IMG/VR virus record: IMGVR_UViG_3300005573_000174 | Coordinates: 1-38,043 of that record | Reading direction: 5' to 3' (one strand) | From: a virus | Taxonomy: Duplodnaviria; Caudoviricetes | DNA length: 38,043 nt | Shown here: one piece after another, positions 35,839-38,043 of the stretch | Layout of the letters: every line of letters starts with the position of its first letter | Position numbering within the stretch: the stretch's first letter is position 1 | The notes under the pieces: generated by a model | What the model saw: only the letters and a program-made list of their open reading frames with translations | Told to the model about the DNA's origin: nothing | The model's database searches: none | Made by a program: the position numbers and the translations under genes

Positions 35839-35847
35839 TAGTAAAAT
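35819..35847 (+). promoter_or_regulatory. Sigma70 promoter
   Basis: TTGACA-17 nt-TAAAAT. Confidence 0.7.
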
Positions 35848-35870
35848 AATTAAAACGGAAGGAGGTTTTA

Positions 35871-36005
35871 ATGATAAGAAAGGTTAAAGGCGGATATGTG
35901 GTGGTGAGCCACAAGGGCAAGCGATTATGCAAACCCACCACCAAGGCGGGCGCGCTTAAGCGGTTGCGCCAGATAGAATATTTCAAGCACCAAAACGGAG
36001 GCTGA
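35871..36005 (+). CDS. Small basic protein (44 aa; not in ORF track)
   Basis: AAGGAGG RBS; MIRKVKGGYVVVSHKGKRLCKPTTKAGALKRLRQIEYFKHQNGG. Confidence 0.8.
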   Translation: MIRKVKGGYVVVSHKGKRLCKPTTKAGALKRLRQIEYFKHQNGG

Positions 36006-36007
36006 AA

Positions 36008-36226
36008 ATGAAGATAACCATTACCTCTTCCATGCCATCTTATTCCCTGAAAATAACCCTGACTAACCCGATTACGGGCGTCAAAGATATCGACATGGAG
36101 GCACTAAAAGAGCCAGCCCGGATTGTCAGATTGACCCCAAGAATGTTCAAAGAAGCTATTTTGATAACACTTCTTGAGGGTGAATATGACATAAGCGGCC
36201 TTCACTTTGCTGGCGAAAACGCTTAA
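36008..36226 (+). CDS. Hypothetical protein
   Basis: GGAGG RBS; last rightward gene. Confidence 0.65.
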   Translation: MKITITSSMPSYSLKITLTNPITGVKDIDMEALKEPARIVRLTPRMFKEAILITLLEGEYDISGLHFAGENA

Positions 36227-36237
36227 TTATCGGGCGG

Positions 36238-36324
36238 TTATCTTTTTTTTGTCATCCGAGCGTTAATCAAGCATAAAATCATCACTGCCCAGATAAACCC
36301 ATACATTAAAAACATAGCAGTCAT
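36238..36324 (-). CDS. 28-aa hydrophobic peptide (not in ORF track)
   Basis: GGAGG RBS, ATGA overlap with the recombinase stop; MTAMFLMYGFIWAVMILCLINARMTKKR. Confidence 0.5.
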   Translation of the reverse strand: MTAMFLMYGFIWAVMILCLINARMTKKR

Positions 36325-36890
36325 TGTATTCCCTCCTTTTCTATTTTATCGACTGCTTCCCAGAGTTCGTTTTCGGTTGGATGCAGGTATAGCCCAGTCA
36401 TTGCCAGGCTGGAATGTCGCGCGAACATTTGCGTTAGTTTTATGTTCCCGGTGGCTTTCAGAAAGCGCGTGATGGCAGTATGCCGGGTGCAATGAAAATT
36501 GAACGGCGGAATGATGTTGTTATCCCGCTGCCATTTCCGCCAGCTGGCGGTCATCCCCTTTTCGGTCCAGCGTTGCTCCCGGTCTTTGCCGTAATTAGTG
36601 CTCGTAAATAGCCATCCCTGTTTTACTCCCGGGCGGTGCTTGGCTAGGTAGTCAGCAGTCTGTCGACGCAGGTCTGGACCCCATCTGACCCCTGCCCATT
36701 TTTTCCGCTTACCCAGCACCCGGACAACTGGGCGGACATTCCCATTTTCATCGAGGACATCCTCAATTCGCAAATGCATTATCTCTGACTCCCGCAGGCC
36801 AGTTGCCCGGGCGATAAGATAGACCAGGCGCAGCCTCGGCTCGGTGGGCGTAGGGAAATCGTCTGGGAGCACTTTTATTTTTAGCTCCAT
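36321..36890 (-). CDS. Tyrosine recombinase, catalytic domain only
   Basis: TGLRESE (R), GKRKK (K), HCTRH (HxxR), RHSS (H), GLYLH (Y); 189 aa. Confidence 0.9.
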   Translation of the reverse strand: MELKIKVLPDDFPTPTEPRLRLVYLIARATGLRESEIMHLRIEDVLDENGNVRPVVRVLGKRKKWAGVRWGPDLRRQTADYLAKHRPGVKQGWLFTSTNYGKDREQRWTEKGMTASWRKWQRDNNIIPPFNFHCTRHTAITRFLKATGNIKLTQMFARHSSLAMTGLYLHPTENELWEAVDKIEKEGIQ

Positions 36891-37162
36891 TATCTACCCC
36901 CTCTTACGCTTAACCAAGCCAGCTTGTTCCGCAGGTATCTGCTCCGGCGGCAGTTAGCTATGTCGCATTCATTGCAGGCGGATGGCTTGGGGCAGGTATC
37001 AACAAAATTTTCCGCGCCAGTGAGCGGGGCGAAGGCAAAGCGGTCAAAGGCAGTTTCCGCTTCCGGCTCTTCCGGCGGTTTTTCGCGCGCTGGTTTCCCC
37101 TCGCATTTTGGGCAGACCTTGACCGTGTCAAACCGGCTAAATCCGCACGCGCAGGTTTTCAT
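36890..37162 (-). CDS. Cys-rich zinc-finger-like protein
   Basis: AAGGAG then ATG at 37162; CxC, CxxC and CxxC motifs. Confidence 0.65.
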   Translation of the reverse strand: MKTCACGFSRFDTVKVCPKCEGKPAREKPPEEPEAETAFDRFAFAPLTGAENFVDTCPKPSACNECDIANCRRSRYLRNKLAWLSVRGGR

Positions 37163-37337
37163 TTTCGCACTCCTTTCCAAATAGTTCGCCCTGTTTTGGG
37201 ATAGTCCCCTGCTTGACAACCTGGATGACCTCATATCCAGGATAGAGCACGGTTTCCTGGATACAAACCAGGCCGCAAGCTTGGCCGCAGACTGGGCATT
37301 TTTCAATTTTTTTAAGTTCGTTTGTCTCTGTTTTCAT
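37137..37337 (-). CDS. Small CxxC protein
   Basis: AAGGAGG RBS; KCPVCG. Confidence 0.65.
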   Translation of the reverse strand: MKTETNELKKIEKCPVCGQACGLVCIQETVLYPGYEVIQVVKQGTIPKQGELFGKECENENLRVRI

Positions 37338-37369
37338 GTTGGCCCTCCTTTTGGTTAGTGGTTAATGTT

Positions 37370-37461
37370 CTATCCCCTATCCGCGGGCAGGGCATAATCA
37401 TCGCAAGCATGCACATCAGCGCCAGCCCCCAGCAGGAGATGCATCACATCCAGATAGCCAT
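37370..37461 (-). pseudogene. Ankyrin fragment 3 (internally deleted, out of frame with its RBS)
   Basis: RBS-ATG gives MAIWM*; another frame reads GYLDVMHLLLGAGADVHACDDYALPADRG*. Confidence 0.65.
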
Positions 37462-37504
37462 TTAGCCTCCTTTTCTTTTTTAATGGTTTTTGTTTGCGTA
37501 TCCC

Positions 37505-37640
37505 CTAACCACGCGCAGCCCTGGCAGCGAGTAGCTCCCGCACTACCGCCAAGTGGCCCTTATCAGTAGCCATTTGCAGCGCCAGGTCATCGCAGGCATG
37601 CACATCTGCCCCGGCCGCGATGAGTGCCTTCACCTCATCC
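37505..37640 (-). pseudogene. Ankyrin fragment 2 (about 1.3 repeats, no clear RBS)
   Basis: DEVKALIAAGADVHACDDLALQMATDKGHLAVVRELLAARAARG*. Confidence 0.7.
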
Positions 37641-37859
37641 GCCCGCCTGGCAATCCGGGCAAAAGTCTCCATCATCGCACCGTTCCCAATTTTCAGGCCA
37701 CAATCCGATTTCCGGGACTTCCGCCCCGCAACTGCTGCAAATGATAGGGCAATCGTCCGCTTCATAAAGTCCATCCTTGACAGGATAGATAGTTTGATAC
37801 TCGATTTTGGTCAGCGGTTCGACTATCCTATTGTTCCGGATTTTTACCCATCTAGCCAT
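37635..37859 (-). CDS. Small zinc-finger protein
   Basis: AAGGAGG then ATG at 37859; CSSC...CPDC. Confidence 0.7.
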   Translation of the reverse strand: MARWVKIRNNRIVEPLTKIEYQTIYPVKDGLYEADDCPIICSSCGAEVPEIGLWPENWERCDDGDFCPDCQAGG

Positions 37860-37902
37860 TTTAAGCCTCCTTTTTTGGTTAGGGTTTTTGTGCGTATCCC
37901 AG

Positions 37903-38043
37903 TTAGCCGCGAGTGGCCTCCATCGCCACCTGCAGCTCGCGCACCACATCCGCGTGGCCATACTCGGCGGCCCAGCGCAGGGCGCGGTCATCATAAGCAT
38001 GGACATCAGCGCCCACTCGGAGCAGGGCGCGCACATCGGACAG
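37903..38043 (-). CDS. Ankyrin fragment 1, or 3' end of an ankyrin gene entering from the right edge (not in ORF track)
   Basis: LSDVRALLRVGADVHAYDDRALRWAAEYGHADVVRELQVAMEATRG*. Confidence 0.75.
   Translation of the reverse strand: MSDVRALLRVGADVHAYDDRALRWAAEYGHADVVRELQVAMEATRG

Noticed and set aside
37635-38036. 133-aa ORF as listed in the track
   Set aside because: Its first 59 codons are an off-frame read of the ankyrin fragment and spacer; the RBS supports a start at 37859.
37370-38043. Ankyrin fragments as DGR template repeats
   Set aside because: No reverse transcriptase is encoded, and differences from the full genes involve all bases, mostly at synonymous sites, rather than adenines only.
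36321-38043. Integron (integrase plus attC cassettes)
   Set aside because: No paired RYYYAAC/GTTRRRY hairpins at the module ends; the recombinase is too short and lacks the IntI-specific insertion.
1-38043. Stop-codon reassignment, tRNA genes or terminal direct repeats
   Set aside because: Genes tile tightly under the standard code using all three stops; no cloverleaf was recognised; the two ends share no sequence overlap.

Overview
The window looks like a complete or near-complete, probably circularly permuted 38-kb tailed phage genome with podovirus-like organisation. The rightward arm runs terS, terL, a GroES-like gene, portal, scaffold, major capsid, adaptor, nozzle and ejection proteins. 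It continues through lysis genes (amidase and holin-like), a glutaredoxin/metallophosphoesterase block, an HTH-Sak4-SSB-initiator replication module with internal iterons, two ankyrin paralogues, RusA, a two-frame C5 methyltransferase, FmdB and a glycosyltransferase/methyltransferase cluster. A short leftward arm (208->1 and 38043->36238) carries small genes and a minimal tyrosine recombinase. Most unusual are: (i) a dispersed set of giant-virus-style 30-aa ankyrin genes plus ankyrin fragments organised as repeated cassettes, with signs of exchange between copies; (ii) two sigma54-like promoters with IHF and upstream palindromic sites but no phage-encoded activator; (iii) an EcoHK31I-like methyltransferase with motif IX in a nested frame; (iv) several structured non-coding RNA candidates; and (v) apparent GATC avoidance. 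All protein calls come from motif recognition and synteny; no database searches were run.
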